Positions 17,688-26,602 of a stretch of DNA of 41,480 bases are shown one piece after another. The number at the start of each line of letters is the position of its first letter. Within the stretch, counting starts at the first letter, position 1. A model generated the notes under the pieces. That model did not search any database and was not told where the DNA came from. It was given only the letters and a program-made list of their open reading frames with translations. Source of the DNA: Alphaproteobacteria bacterium. GTDB taxonomy: Bacteria > Pseudomonadota > Alphaproteobacteria > GCA-2731375. The stretch lies in the NCBI GenBank assembly GCA_963577885.1, contig CAUZBE010000001.1, positions 1 through 41,480 on the forward strand, written 5' to 3'. Made by a program: the position numbers and the translations under genes.

Positions 17688-18787
17688 CCACGCCGGCGCC
17701 GAACCCGGGCATCATGGATATCACGCCCTATGTGGGCGGTGATGCTTCGGTTGAAGGCTTGGCCCGTGTCGTCAAGCTATCGTCGAACGAGTCGGCAACC
17801 GGTCCTTCGCCCAAGGCCGTGGCCGCGTTTCGGGGGATGGCGGAGACTTTGCACCGCTATCCCGAAGGCGGCAGCACTGATTTGCGTGCCGGGCTGGCCG
17901 AGATGTATGGCCTGGACAGCAAGGGGATCATTTGCGGTAACGGCTCTGACGAAATTATCAGCCACCTCATTCACTCGTACGCCGGGCCGGGCGACGAGGT
18001 GGTCTACACCGAACATGGTTTCCTGATGTATCCGCTGGGCGCCCTGGCCAGCGGCGCGACGCCCGTAAAGGCGGCTGAGGATGCGTTCACCGCCTCGGTC
18101 GATGCCATATTGGCGGTGCTGACGGAACGGACCAAAATGGTCTTTCTGGCCAATCCTAATAATCCGACCGGCACCTATTTGCCGGCATCGGAACTGGTAC
18201 GTTTGCACGCCGGCCTGCCGGAAAACGTCTTGCTGGTGATAGACGACGCCTATGCCGAGTTTGTCAGCCGCAACGACTATGCGCCGGGCATAGAGCTGAT
18301 CGAGAGCCACGACAACGTGGTCATGACTCGGACTTTTTCCAAAATCTATGGCCTGGCCGCCCTGCGCCTTGGCTGGGCCTATTGCCCGGAGAAGATCGCC
18401 CTGGTCTTTCATCGAGTGCGCTCGCCGTTCAATGTCAACGCGGCGGCCCAGGCCGCCGGTCTGGCGGCCTTGCATGATATCGGGCACGTAGATGCGGCGC
18501 GGGCCCATAACGATCGCTGGCTGGCCTGGTGGCACGACGAATGCCGCCGCTTGCGCCTGCAATGCATTCCCAGCGTGGGCAATTTCCTGACCGTGCATTT
18601 TGGCACCGAAGGGCCGCGTTCGGCTGGGGCGGCAGCGGAATTCCTGCGCGCGAGGGGCATTCTGCCCCGTGGCATTGCGGCCTATGGCCTGGCCGCCCAT
18701 TTACGCTTCACGGTCGGCCTGGAAGAGGAAAACTGGGCGGCGGTCGCGGCCATGGAAGAGTTTTTAGGGTCCGTCAATGGCATCTGA
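17684..18787 (+). CDS. hisC: Histidinol-phosphate aminotransferase
   Basis: 367 aa. Motifs: KLSSNESATGPSP, NGSDEII, LANPNNPTG, DDAYAEF, and TFSKIYGLAALRLGW (PLP lysine). Confidence 0.9.
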   Translation: MTTPAPNPGIMDITPYVGGDASVEGLARVVKLSSNESATGPSPKAVAAFRGMAETLHRYPEGGSTDLRAGLAEMYGLDSKGIICGNGSDEIISHLIHSYAGPGDEVVYTEHGFLMYPLGALASGATPVKAAEDAFTASVDAILAVLTERTKMVFLANPNNPTGTYLPASELVRLHAGLPENVLLVIDDAYAEFVSRNDYAPGIELIESHDNVVMTRTFSKIYGLAALRLGWAYCPEKIALVFHRVRSPFNVNAAAQAAGLAALHDIGHVDAARAHNDRWLAWWHDECRRLRLQCIPSVGNFLTVHFGTEGPRSAGAAAEFLRARGILPRGIAAYGLAAHLRFTVGLEEENWAAVAAMEEFLGSVNGI

Positions 18788-19745
18788 AACCGATAACGCC
18801 CCGTCCTCGCCCGTGCCGCCGCATTTTGACCGTCTCGCCCTGATCGGCGTTGGCCTGATCGGCTCGTCGATCGCCCGTGCCACCCGCCGGGCCGGCATGG
18901 CGACGAGTATCGTTGGCTGCGCCCGGACCGCGAAGACCCGGGACAAGGCCATTGAATTAGGTATCGTCGATGCCATGTACGAAGATCCGGCCGACGCCGT
19001 GGCCGGCGCCGATCTGGTCATTGTCTGCTCACATCTGGGCAGCTATGCGACGGTTGGCCAAGCCATGGCCCGCGGTCTGAGGCCTGGCGCCATCGTCACC
19101 GACGTCGGTTCGGTCAAGGGCTGTGTCGCGCGCGATTTGGGCCCCCATATCCCCGATGGCGTGCACCTGGTGCCGGGGCACCCCGTATCGGGTAGCGAAA
19201 AATCCGGTCCTGAGGCGGGCTTTGCGACACTGTTTGATGACCGTTGGTGGATTCTGACCCCCGACGAAGGGGCAGACGGGCAGGCGGTAAAACAGTTAAC
19301 CGCGTTCGTGCAGGCCTTGGGTAGCCGGGTCGAGATCATGGCGGCCGACCGGCACGACCTGGTGCTGGCCATCACCTCCCACCTGCCGCATCTGATCGCC
19401 TACAACATCGTCAACACGGCGGATGACATGGAAACTGTGACCCAGGGCGAAGTGGTGAAATATTCCGCCGGCGGCTTTCGCGATTTCACCCGTATCGCGG
19501 CCTCCGACCCGGAATTTTGGCGCGATGTCTTCCTCAATAACCGCGAGGCGGTGCTGGAAACCCTGGGCCGCTTTAGCGAGGATCTGTTTGCCTTGCAACG
19601 GGCAATCCGCTGGGGCCAAGGGGACACACTATTGCGCATGTTCAGCGAGTCGCGGAATATTCGCCAGCGAATTATCCAGGCCGGTCAGGACACCGCCGCC
19701 CCCGACTTCGGTCGCCGTTCTGACTCGAATACTGACTCGGATTAA
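18777..19745 (+). CDS. tyrC: Prephenate/arogenate (cyclohexadienyl) dehydrogenase
   Basis: Rossmann motif LIGVGLIGSS, then VPGHPVSGSEKSGPEAGF and DRHDLVLAITSHLPHLIAY. It overlaps the hisC end by 11 nt. Confidence 0.9.
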   Translation: MASETDNAPSSPVPPHFDRLALIGVGLIGSSIARATRRAGMATSIVGCARTAKTRDKAIELGIVDAMYEDPADAVAGADLVIVCSHLGSYATVGQAMARGLRPGAIVTDVGSVKGCVARDLGPHIPDGVHLVPGHPVSGSEKSGPEAGFATLFDDRWWILTPDEGADGQAVKQLTAFVQALGSRVEIMAADRHDLVLAITSHLPHLIAYNIVNTADDMETVTQGEVVKYSAGGFRDFTRIAASDPEFWRDVFLNNREAVLETLGRFSEDLFALQRAIRWGQGDTLLRMFSESRNIRQRIIQAGQDTAAPDFGRRSDSNTDSD

Positions 19746-19748
19746 CGA

Positions 19749-20774
19749 CTAGTCTCGTTCGGCGTTATTTTGCAATAAGGGGCCCAGCCGGGCCACCGGG
19801 GCGGGGCCCAGGAATAGCTGGCCATCCTGCAGCCGCACCGGCACGGAAAGAACGCCGCCGCCGGCGGCGGCCAGCAAGCCCAGCACGGCGCGGGCCGCGG
19901 CGGCGGCGTTCTTTTTCATCATGCCGCCGACCACTAACATGTCGAGCAGTTCGTCGTGTCCCTTGATCCGCGCGGTCAAGGCACCGATGGGCCGCATCTC
20001 GTTATCCAGGGCCAGGCTGCCGGTGACGTAGATTTCCATATCACCCCATTGCGCACGAAACGCCGTGATTTCCAAAGTACCGCCGTCGTCGCGCCACCGC
20101 CCCAATTGGCCGGCGGTGAATGCGCCCTCTGGCAGGCCGGTCGCCGTGGCTTGCAGATCAACCAGCCTGGCCGTGCGGGGCATATTGATCAAGCCGGCGG
20201 GTAGCGCGCCCTCAATCACTTCAAGGGCATCGGCGCGCAGGGCGAGATCCATGCCATTGGATTGCCCTGGCGCCGGCCGCGCATGAAATTGCAGGCGCGC
20301 GCCCCGCAAGACCGAGACGCCTCTGTAGCGCAGCCAGGGTTTGTTGATATTAAGGGAAAGCTGTTCCAACTTGCCGTCAGCAGCCGTCTCGACGCTGGCC
20401 ATGGCGGCACCGTTTTGCAGTATTAGTTTTCGCCACTGCCGACCCACATTCACCGCGAGCTGATGCTGCCCTGTCAAATCAAACAGAATATGCCGCGGCT
20501 GCCAGGAGTGTCCGACCGCCTTGATCTGATCCGTCTCCCAGCTAAATGGCAATGGCCCGCCGCGCACTACGATACGCGGCTTGCTCATGTTCACCTGTAC
20601 GCGGAAGGGAAAGCCCGTGATCTCCATGTCACGATAGGTCAATTCCTGCCCCTGGGTTTTTTGCTTCGCGAGCCTCTGTATCTCCGCGCGCATCTGATCC
20701 GCGATGTAAATCCAGCCGCCGCTCCAGGCCGCCGCCAGGGCGGCGATAGTTCCAACCAACAGGTAATAACGCAT
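19749..20774 (-). CDS. DUF2125 domain-containing protein (N-terminal membrane anchor)
   Basis: 341 aa with N-terminal helix MRYYLLVGTIAALAAAWSGGWIYI. The overall pattern and its position next to tyrC and ChaC match the alphaproteobacterial DUF2125 family, from memory. Confidence 0.65.
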   Translation of the reverse strand: MRYYLLVGTIAALAAAWSGGWIYIADQMRAEIQRLAKQKTQGQELTYRDMEITGFPFRVQVNMSKPRIVVRGGPLPFSWETDQIKAVGHSWQPRHILFDLTGQHQLAVNVGRQWRKLILQNGAAMASVETAADGKLEQLSLNINKPWLRYRGVSVLRGARLQFHARPAPGQSNGMDLALRADALEVIEGALPAGLINMPRTARLVDLQATATGLPEGAFTAGQLGRWRDDGGTLEITAFRAQWGDMEIYVTGSLALDNEMRPIGALTARIKGHDELLDMLVVGGMMKKNAAAAARAVLGLLAAAGGGVLSVPVRLQDGQLFLGPAPVARLGPLLQNNAERD

Positions 20775-20911
20775 GGCACCTCGCTGCTGGCCCGCGTTAT
20801 AGCCGCCACGGCCGTAACCGCCAAGTCGCTGCGCAAATCAGTAACCGGGGCCGATTGCCAAAATCGCGGCGGTGCTTTAATTCAAGACCACAATCGATAC
20901 AGGCGCATAAC

Positions 20912-21484
20912 GTGAATATCCCCGCTCCAAATTACACCATACCCAACCTAGTCCTGCCGCCCGGCGATCTTTGGGTCTTCGGCTACGGTTCGATCATGTG
21001 GCGGCCGGGTTTTGAGCATGAAGAATGCTGCCCGGGGCGCGTATTTAGCTATCACCGGTCCTTGTGCGTCTGGTCCTGGGTGCATCGCGGCACCCGCGCC
21101 CGGCCTGGATTAGTCCTGGGCCTGGATGCGGGCGGTTCCTGCCAGGGTATGGCCTATCGTATCGCCGCCGACCAAAAGGCGGAGGTCGCGGATTATCTCT
21201 ATAGCCGCGAATTGGTCACCGATGGCTACCAGGCCTTGCTACATCATGTCCATCTGGCGACTGGCGTGGTCACGGCCCTGACCTTCCGGGCCAACCGCGG
21301 CCATCCTCAATACGCCGGCAGGCTGGACCATCGTCATGCCGCGGATGTCGTAGGCAGCGCCCGTGGCCTATCGGGCGCCAATCCTGAATACCTGGACAGC
21401 GCGGTGCGGCAGTTGCAGGCCATGGGTATCACCGACGGCCGGCTGCACAAAATCAACGCTATGGTGCAGGGGCGGCCGCGCTAA
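20912..21484 (+). CDS. Gamma-glutamylcyclotransferase, ChaC family
   Basis: LWVFGYGSIMWRPGF...RARPGLVLGLDAGGSCQGMAY...YLYSREL. The start is uncertain: GTG 20912 gives about 190 aa, and an alternative TTG lies at 20855. Confidence 0.8.
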   Translation: MNIPAPNYTIPNLVLPPGDLWVFGYGSIMWRPGFEHEECCPGRVFSYHRSLCVWSWVHRGTRARPGLVLGLDAGGSCQGMAYRIAADQKAEVADYLYSRELVTDGYQALLHHVHLATGVVTALTFRANRGHPQYAGRLDHRHAADVVGSARGLSGANPEYLDSAVRQLQAMGITDGRLHKINAMVQGRPR

Positions 21485-22101
21485 TCCTTGCCCAGTTCCT
21501 TGGCGTGGAACCAGCTGCCCAAATCGCCCGCGCTGCCGTTAGTGTTCCAGGCGTCCAGCATAGCGGGGGCGGCATCCGCGGCCTTTTTCCAATTCCCCGT
21601 ATTGGCAGCCAGTTCCAGGCGCTGGCCGTTGGGATTGAAAAAAGTAAATTGATTTGAACAGCGTATGATCAATGGGGCCGAGGACGTCGATGCCGTTGGC
21701 TTCAAGCCGCGCCTTGGCGGTCAACAGGGAATCCATGTCCGGTACCGCAAAGGCGATGTGCTAAATCCATTCCGGCGTATTGGGATCCTTGCCCATGGCC
21801 GGCGAATTTGGCAGTTCAAAAAATGCCAGATAGCTGCCGGGGCCGATCTCGAAAATATGTGCTTATATGGATCGGGCTTCTTGGTCGACGGGACCTGATC
21901 CTTGAAATTCGCCATAACATAGTCCATACCCACGATATTGGTATAGAAATCCACGGTTTCCTGGGCATTGTTGCATCGGTAGACCACATGATGCTGGCCG
22001 GTGGTAACGGACATTGCGGGCACCTGATAAAACAATTTACGGGGCTTACCGCCAGCCTGACGATAAAATCGCCTAAGTGCGGGATTGTACGTCTGCGTCA
22101 T
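21481..22101 (-). pseudogene. VOC family (glyoxalase/extradiol-dioxygenase-like) gene with two frameshifts and one nonsense codon
   Basis: Three frame pieces read as one protein. (1) ...HHVVYRCNNAQETVDFYTNIVGMDYVMANFKDQVPSTKKPDPYKHIF. (2) EIGPGSYLAFFELPNSPAMGKDPNTPEWI*HIAFAVPDMDSLLTAKARLEANGIDVLGPIDHTLFKSIYFF. (3) NPNGQRLELAANTGNWKK... Lesions: A4 run 21852-21855, TAG 21761-21763, A6 run 21638-21643. Confidence 0.8.
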
Positions 22102-22139
22102 AATGCGCATTGCGCCGCGACCTATATTTGGTGGACCCC

Positions 22140-22997
22140 ATGATTGTCGATTGTCACGTGAACCTGTGGAATGACGAACATTTCACGCCGCTTTACGCCG
22201 AACAGATGGCCCGGGTGCGCGCCGACGGTGGTTATGGCCTGAAGGCGGACGCGGATACCGTCCACGGAGCCATGGCTGCGGTCGACAAAGCCATATTGTT
22301 TTCACCCCGCTATCGCAAATCCGCCGGGGTGGACGGTGATGACGGGGCGGTCGCGGATGCGGTCGCCCGCTATCCGGATAAATTCGTCGGCTTCGCATTC
22401 GTGGACCCGATGGATGCCGGTTATATGGAACGGCTGACCCACAGCATCGAGGGACTGGGCCTGAAAGGGGTGAAATCCGGCCCGATTTACACGGGCGTTC
22501 CCCTGTCCGATCCCCGCATGACGCCCATTTACGAATATTGCCAGGCCAATGACCTGCCGTTGACCCTGCATATGGGCACCACCTTTGCCCAAGATGCACC
22601 GGTGGACATGGGCCGGGCCCTTCATGTGGACCCGGTGGCGGCCCGCTTTCCAGATCTGAAGATCATCTGCGCCCACATGGGCCATCCCTGGTACGAAGAC
22701 TGCATCGCCGTCGTGCGTAAGCGGCCCAATGTATATTGCGAGATCGCGGCGATTTTCTACCGGCCCTGGCAGTTCTGGAACATTCTTATTTCGGCCCAGG
22801 AATATGCCATCACCGACAAGATTTTTTTCGGCACCGATTTCCCATTTTCCCAGGTTGGGGAAAGCCTTTTGGGTCTGGCCAACGTCAATCACGTGATCGC
22901 CAACAGCGGTCTGCCGCGCGTATCCGAGGAAACCATCCAGCGCATCCGGCACGCCAATCCGTTCGAACATTGGTGGCATGGCCCCGGTCCGCTCTAA
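22140..22997 (+). CDS. Amidohydrolase_2 family (TIM-barrel metal-dependent hydrolase/decarboxylase, COG2159-like)
   Basis: ATG 22140: MIVDCHVNLW..., then PLTLHMG, ICAHMGHPW and FGTDFPF, the typical ACMSD/LigW-like metal ligand pattern. Confidence 0.8.
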   Translation: MIVDCHVNLWNDEHFTPLYAEQMARVRADGGYGLKADADTVHGAMAAVDKAILFSPRYRKSAGVDGDDGAVADAVARYPDKFVGFAFVDPMDAGYMERLTHSIEGLGLKGVKSGPIYTGVPLSDPRMTPIYEYCQANDLPLTLHMGTTFAQDAPVDMGRALHVDPVAARFPDLKIICAHMGHPWYEDCIAVVRKRPNVYCEIAAIFYRPWQFWNILISAQEYAITDKIFFGTDFPFSQVGESLLGLANVNHVIANSGLPRVSEETIQRIRHANPFEHWWHGPGPL

Positions 22998-23022
22998 TGG
23001 GGCCGCTCGGAAGCTGTCCGGC

Positions 23023-23718
23023 CTAAAGGGTGAGGGTGCCGCCGTTCTTGTTCAGCCAGGCCTGCTGGCCGCGGTAATAGGGCATCAGCCCTTCGACAAT
23101 GCGCCAGAAAGCCGGCGAATGGTTGTGCTGGATCAGATGGGCTACTTCATGGGCGACGACGTAGTCCACGACCATAGCCGGCGCCATGATCAGCCGCCAA
23201 TTATAAGTAATTTCGCCGCTGACGCTGCAACTGCCCCAGCGACGCTTGTAAGCCTTCACCTTGACGAGCTTTGGCGAGACGGCAAGGCGCCGGGCGCAGC
23301 TTTCGGTTCTGACCCGGAACTCCTCTAAGGCTGATTGCCGGTACCATTGGTAAAGGCGGTCCTTGACCTTTGCTTCCCGCCCACCGTCCGCAAACCGTGC
23401 CGGCAGGGTTACAATCAGGTTTTCCCCCGACCGTTCCGTTGGCCAGGGCGCCCCTTCGACAATCTTTAACTGGTAATCTTCGCCAAGAAAGCAGTAAACC
23501 TCTCCCGCCACATAGGCCTTAGGCCGTGAGGTGGGACGGGCGGCCTGTTCTTCCAGCTTCTTGTGGATCCACGGCGTATGTTGGTCTAATAACGCCTGGA
23601 TTCGCCGCTCCGGCGTCCGCGTGGGCACCATGACCTGGACCCGGCCGTCGCGGATTTGCAGGCTCATGGTTTTGCGCCGGTCAGAGCGCTTGATCTCGAA
23701 ATTAAAATCTACAGCCAT
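23023..23718 (-). CDS. YgjP-like M48/DUF45 metal-dependent hydrolase
   Basis: 231 aa with RRWGSCS and HExxH (VVAHEVAHLIQHNHSPAFW). Confidence 0.8.
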   Translation of the reverse strand: MAVDFNFEIKRSDRRKTMSLQIRDGRVQVMVPTRTPERRIQALLDQHTPWIHKKLEEQAARPTSRPKAYVAGEVYCFLGEDYQLKIVEGAPWPTERSGENLIVTLPARFADGGREAKVKDRLYQWYRQSALEEFRVRTESCARRLAVSPKLVKVKAYKRRWGSCSVSGEITYNWRLIMAPAMVVDYVVAHEVAHLIQHNHSPAFWRIVEGLMPYYRGQQAWLNKNGGTLTL

Positions 23719-23843
23719 GGGCCGCCCGGCAGGTGATGGGTGTTTGGTAGGAGACGAATCAGTGTTTAGGTTACACCAACAGAACCATAAGCCAATCCGG
23801 CGCGCGGCACCGTCGTCACGGAATTTGCAGGGGGAGCAAAAGC

Positions 23844-25025
23844 ATGAGCAAGACGAAGATGCGCGCCGGTATCGCTGGCGCTGGCTTTTCCGCCAGCTTT
23901 CACCTTGAGGCTGCCCGGCGGATCCATGGCGCCGACGTCGAGGTCGTCGGCGTCCATGCCAAGACCCAGGCTAGCACACAAGGTTTCGCGCAAAAGCACG
24001 GCATTCAGGCCTTTGATGACCTTGCCGCCTTGTTGGAGAGCATTGACGTACTGCATATCTGCATTCCGCCCGCTCTGCATGAGGCGGTGGCGGTGCAGGC
24101 CCTGGCGCGCGGCGTCTTTCCCATTGTTGAGAAACCGCTAACGGGATTTTTTGGTGACGGCGCTGAAAACTTCGATGGCCGCACGGCCTCCATGACCCAG
24201 GTCCGCACCGGCGCCCTGGACAGCATCAAGCGCATGCTGGCGGCGGAGGCTGCCTCGACCGCCCGTATTCTCTATGCCGAGAACTGGGTTTATGCTCCGA
24301 CCATCCAGAAAGAACGGGAAATCCTGGAAAAAACTAAAGGACAAATTCTGTGGATGCATGGCGAGGAAGCCCATTCAGGCAGCCATGCGCCCAGCTATGG
24401 CCATTGGAATTTAGCGGGCGGCGGCGCTATGATCGGCAAGGGCTGCCATCCGTTGGCCGCCGCGCTGTATCTGAAAAAGGTCGAAGGCCGGGCCCGTTTC
24501 GGTATACCGATCCGGCCGGCCACCGTGACCGCGCGCACCCATGCCCTGACCCAATTGCCCGAGTTTGTCGATACCGGGCATATCCGAGCCGATTATGTGG
24601 ATATTGAGGATTTCGCCATGACCCATGTCACCTTTCAGGATGGTACCATCGCAACGGTGTTTGCCTCCGACATCGTGCTGGGCGGGGTGCATAACTGGTT
24701 GGAGGTTTGCGCCGGAAATCACCGGACGATTTGCAATCTCAACCCCTCGAACCAATTGCAGACCTACAACCCGGTGGAAAGCCAGTTCGACGATATTTAT
24801 GTGGTGGAAAAGATCGGTACCAAACAGGGCTGGGCTATGACCGCGCCGGACGAGGATTTCTCCCACGGCTTTCCCCAGGAGATCGAGGCCTTCTACCGCG
24901 CGGCGGCCCATGGCGACGCTGTGGAAAGTAACAGCGAGCTGGCCGCCGATTGTATTTCCACGATCTACAGCGGCTATGTCTCGGCCGCCAATGGCGGCGG
25001 TGAAGAGCCGATAGCCTTACTTTAA
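23844..25025 (+). CDS. Gfo/Idh/MocA family oxidoreductase
   Basis: RBS GGGGGAG. N-terminal Rossmann AGIAGAGFSASFH, an EKPL motif (IVEKPLT) and a C-terminal alpha/beta domain. Confidence 0.8.
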   Translation: MSKTKMRAGIAGAGFSASFHLEAARRIHGADVEVVGVHAKTQASTQGFAQKHGIQAFDDLAALLESIDVLHICIPPALHEAVAVQALARGVFPIVEKPLTGFFGDGAENFDGRTASMTQVRTGALDSIKRMLAAEAASTARILYAENWVYAPTIQKEREILEKTKGQILWMHGEEAHSGSHAPSYGHWNLAGGGAMIGKGCHPLAAALYLKKVEGRARFGIPIRPATVTARTHALTQLPEFVDTGHIRADYVDIEDFAMTHVTFQDGTIATVFASDIVLGGVHNWLEVCAGNHRTICNLNPSNQLQTYNPVESQFDDIYVVEKIGTKQGWAMTAPDEDFSHGFPQEIEAFYRAAAHGDAVESNSELAADCISTIYSGYVSAANGGGEEPIALL

Positions 25026-25046
25026 GCAAGCATAGGACGTCTCGGC

Positions 25047-25844
25047 ATGATCATGACCAATACCTTACGGGAAAAGCTGAACGCGGGCGCCGCGACAATG
25101 GGCACCCATTTTCTCTCCACCGACGCGGATATACCCGAAATCATCGGCGATACGGGCCTGTTCGACTACGGCGAATATTGCGCCGAATATTCCGCCTTCG
25201 ATATGCAGTTGCTCTATCACATGGCCCGCGCCGGCCAGTGCGCTAATCTACCCTTGATGTTGAAACCCGACCAGGAGAGCCAGGGGTTTTGGGCCCAGGC
25301 GGCCCTTGGCGCTGGTTTCAAGGCGGTGTTGTTCACCGATATCCGGGAAGCCGGAGACGTCACAGCCTGCCACTCTACTATTGCCGCCGACACCCCCGAT
25401 AGGGGCGGCCAGATGGGCGTGAAATTGCGCCGCCCGGCATTAAGTGGTTATCAACCGGACGGTTATCTCGACGACCTGAACGCCACCGTGTTCCTGATCA
25501 TGATCGAGAAGAGTGTCGCTCTGGACAATATCGACAAAATCTTGCAAACGGCCAAAGCCAAGGGCGTCGATATGACCCAATGGGGCCCGGCGGATTTCGG
25601 CTTTTCCCGTGGCGAGCCTAGCCTCATGCACAAGCCCGAAATTCGACCCTTCGAAGAAGCGGTGATCAAGAAATCCCTGGAATACGGCATCGCCCCGCGC
25701 ATCGAGATCGCCGAGGTGGAGCAGGCCAAGCGCTATATAGACCTGGGCGTTCGCCACTTTTGCATCGGTTGGGACCGATTTATCTACCAGGCCGGCCTGG
25801 CCCGCATCGGCGAAGGCATGCGAAAATTGATTGAAACGATTTAG
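25047..25844 (+). CDS. HpcH/HpaI aldolase/citrate-lyase family protein (divergent)
   Basis: 265 aa, aligned by eye to E. coli HpaI. LREKLNAGAATMGTHF.. matches FKAALKAGRPQIGLWL, IMIEK matches VQIET, and WGPADF matches IGPADL. It follows the oxidoreductase gene after 21 nt. Confidence 0.7.
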   Translation: MIMTNTLREKLNAGAATMGTHFLSTDADIPEIIGDTGLFDYGEYCAEYSAFDMQLLYHMARAGQCANLPLMLKPDQESQGFWAQAALGAGFKAVLFTDIREAGDVTACHSTIAADTPDRGGQMGVKLRRPALSGYQPDGYLDDLNATVFLIMIEKSVALDNIDKILQTAKAKGVDMTQWGPADFGFSRGEPSLMHKPEIRPFEEAVIKKSLEYGIAPRIEIAEVEQAKRYIDLGVRHFCIGWDRFIYQAGLARIGEGMRKLIETI

Positions 25845-25872
25845 GTAAGGCGACGGCGGGGCCGACATCGCG

Positions 25873-26193
25873 CTATAACACTTCTAATTTCGGAATCGAG
25901 ACCACTAACTTTCCACCCCAGTCGCTTATATATCCATGCTGCGTCGTGACCTCTGGGGCAATATTCCATGGTAGAATCCGGGCAAAGCCAGGTTTTCTCC
26001 GTATTAATTCATCAGGTGGCATAACCGGGATGCGTGAGCCTAGTACGAACTTGCCTTATTTCGAGGGTGCCGCATCAACAACGTGCGACAGAAGGTCGGG
26101 TTTGACCTCGGCATAGTTAAGCAAGGTATTGCTCATGACCGCGATGCCATACGCGGCCACGGATCGGCCGGCGCGCTTCTGCTTGATCAGGAA
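25873..26193 (-). pseudogene. 5'-truncated sugar C-methyltransferase (Methyltransf_14-type C-terminal domain) with in-frame TAA
   Basis: The minus frame reads FLIKQKRAGRSVAAYGIAVMSNTLLNYAEVKPDLLSHVVDAAPSK*GKFVLGSRIPVMPPDELIRRKPGFARILPWNIAPEVTTQHGYISDWGGKLVVSIPKLEVL*. This matches the C-terminal domain consensus of NDP-hexose C-methyltransferases. TAA at 26056-26058. The reading frame starts 1 nt from the tRNA 3' end, so the N-terminal SAM domain is missing. Confidence 0.7.
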
Positions 26194-26194
26194 G

Positions 26195-26271
26195 TGGTGC
26201 GCACGGCAGGACTCGAACCTGCGGCTCCCTGATTAGGAATCAGGCACTCTATCCAACTGAGTTACGTGCGC
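26195..26271 (-). tRNA. tRNA-Arg (anticodon CCU), CCA encoded
   Basis: GCGCACG-TA-ACTC-AGTTGGATA-GAGT-G-CCTGA-TTCCTAA-TCAGG-GAGCC-GCAGG-TTCGAGT-CCTGC-CGTGCGC-A-CCA. This is a perfect 77-nt cloverleaf with anticodon CCT. Confidence 0.93.
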
Positions 26272-26413
26272 ACATTTTCTCACTAACTCTTTCTACCATT
26301 TCCATACAAGAACGACTGGCAGTATTCTCCAAAAATCATTTACCAAGGGTTATTGTGTAGTATAACATATTGTAATCATTATAATAATTGTGTATTTAGA
26401 ATTGAGTTATAAG
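26272..26413. other. AT-rich spacer between the complete tRNA-Arg and the tRNA-Arg 5' fragment
   Basis: 142 bp, visibly much more AT-rich than the rest of the window (e.g. TATTGTGTAGTATAACATATTGTAATCATTATAATAATTGTGTATTTAGAATTGAG). It has no ORF and probably carries the promoter of the complete tRNA. Confidence 0.6.
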
Positions 26414-26452
26414 TTAGGAATCAAGTGCTCTATCCGGCTGAGCTATGGGCGC
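26414..26452 (-). pseudogene. 5' half of a second tRNA-Arg(CCU) gene (positions 1-38 only)
   Basis: GCGCCCA-TA-GCTC-AGCCGGATA-GAGC-A-CTTGA-TTCCTAA. It ends exactly at the last anticodon-loop nucleotide and no 3' half follows. Its stems differ from the complete copy; only TGATTCCTAA is shared. Confidence 0.8.
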
Positions 26453-26602
26453 CCAGGGGCGGTTAACTTGCCGGCGGGGGGGGTATAACATATCCGGCGC
26501 GTGCCGGGAAAGCGCCCTTGCGGCTGGACCGCCGCCCTGGCAGGCGATAAATTGGCCCCGGCCATTGCCTGTCATCCAGACACCCCAGCTGAGGAACTGC
26601 AT

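Noticed and set aside
25889-25900. TTCGGAATCGAG, a 10/12 match to the shared tRNA core (TTAGGAATCAAG), as a possible second att site bounding a roughly 0.5-kb element.
   Set aside because: Such a short imperfect match is not clearly beyond chance. It also lies inside the reading frame of the methyltransferase remnant, which extends past it. I mention it only as something to test after comparative alignment.
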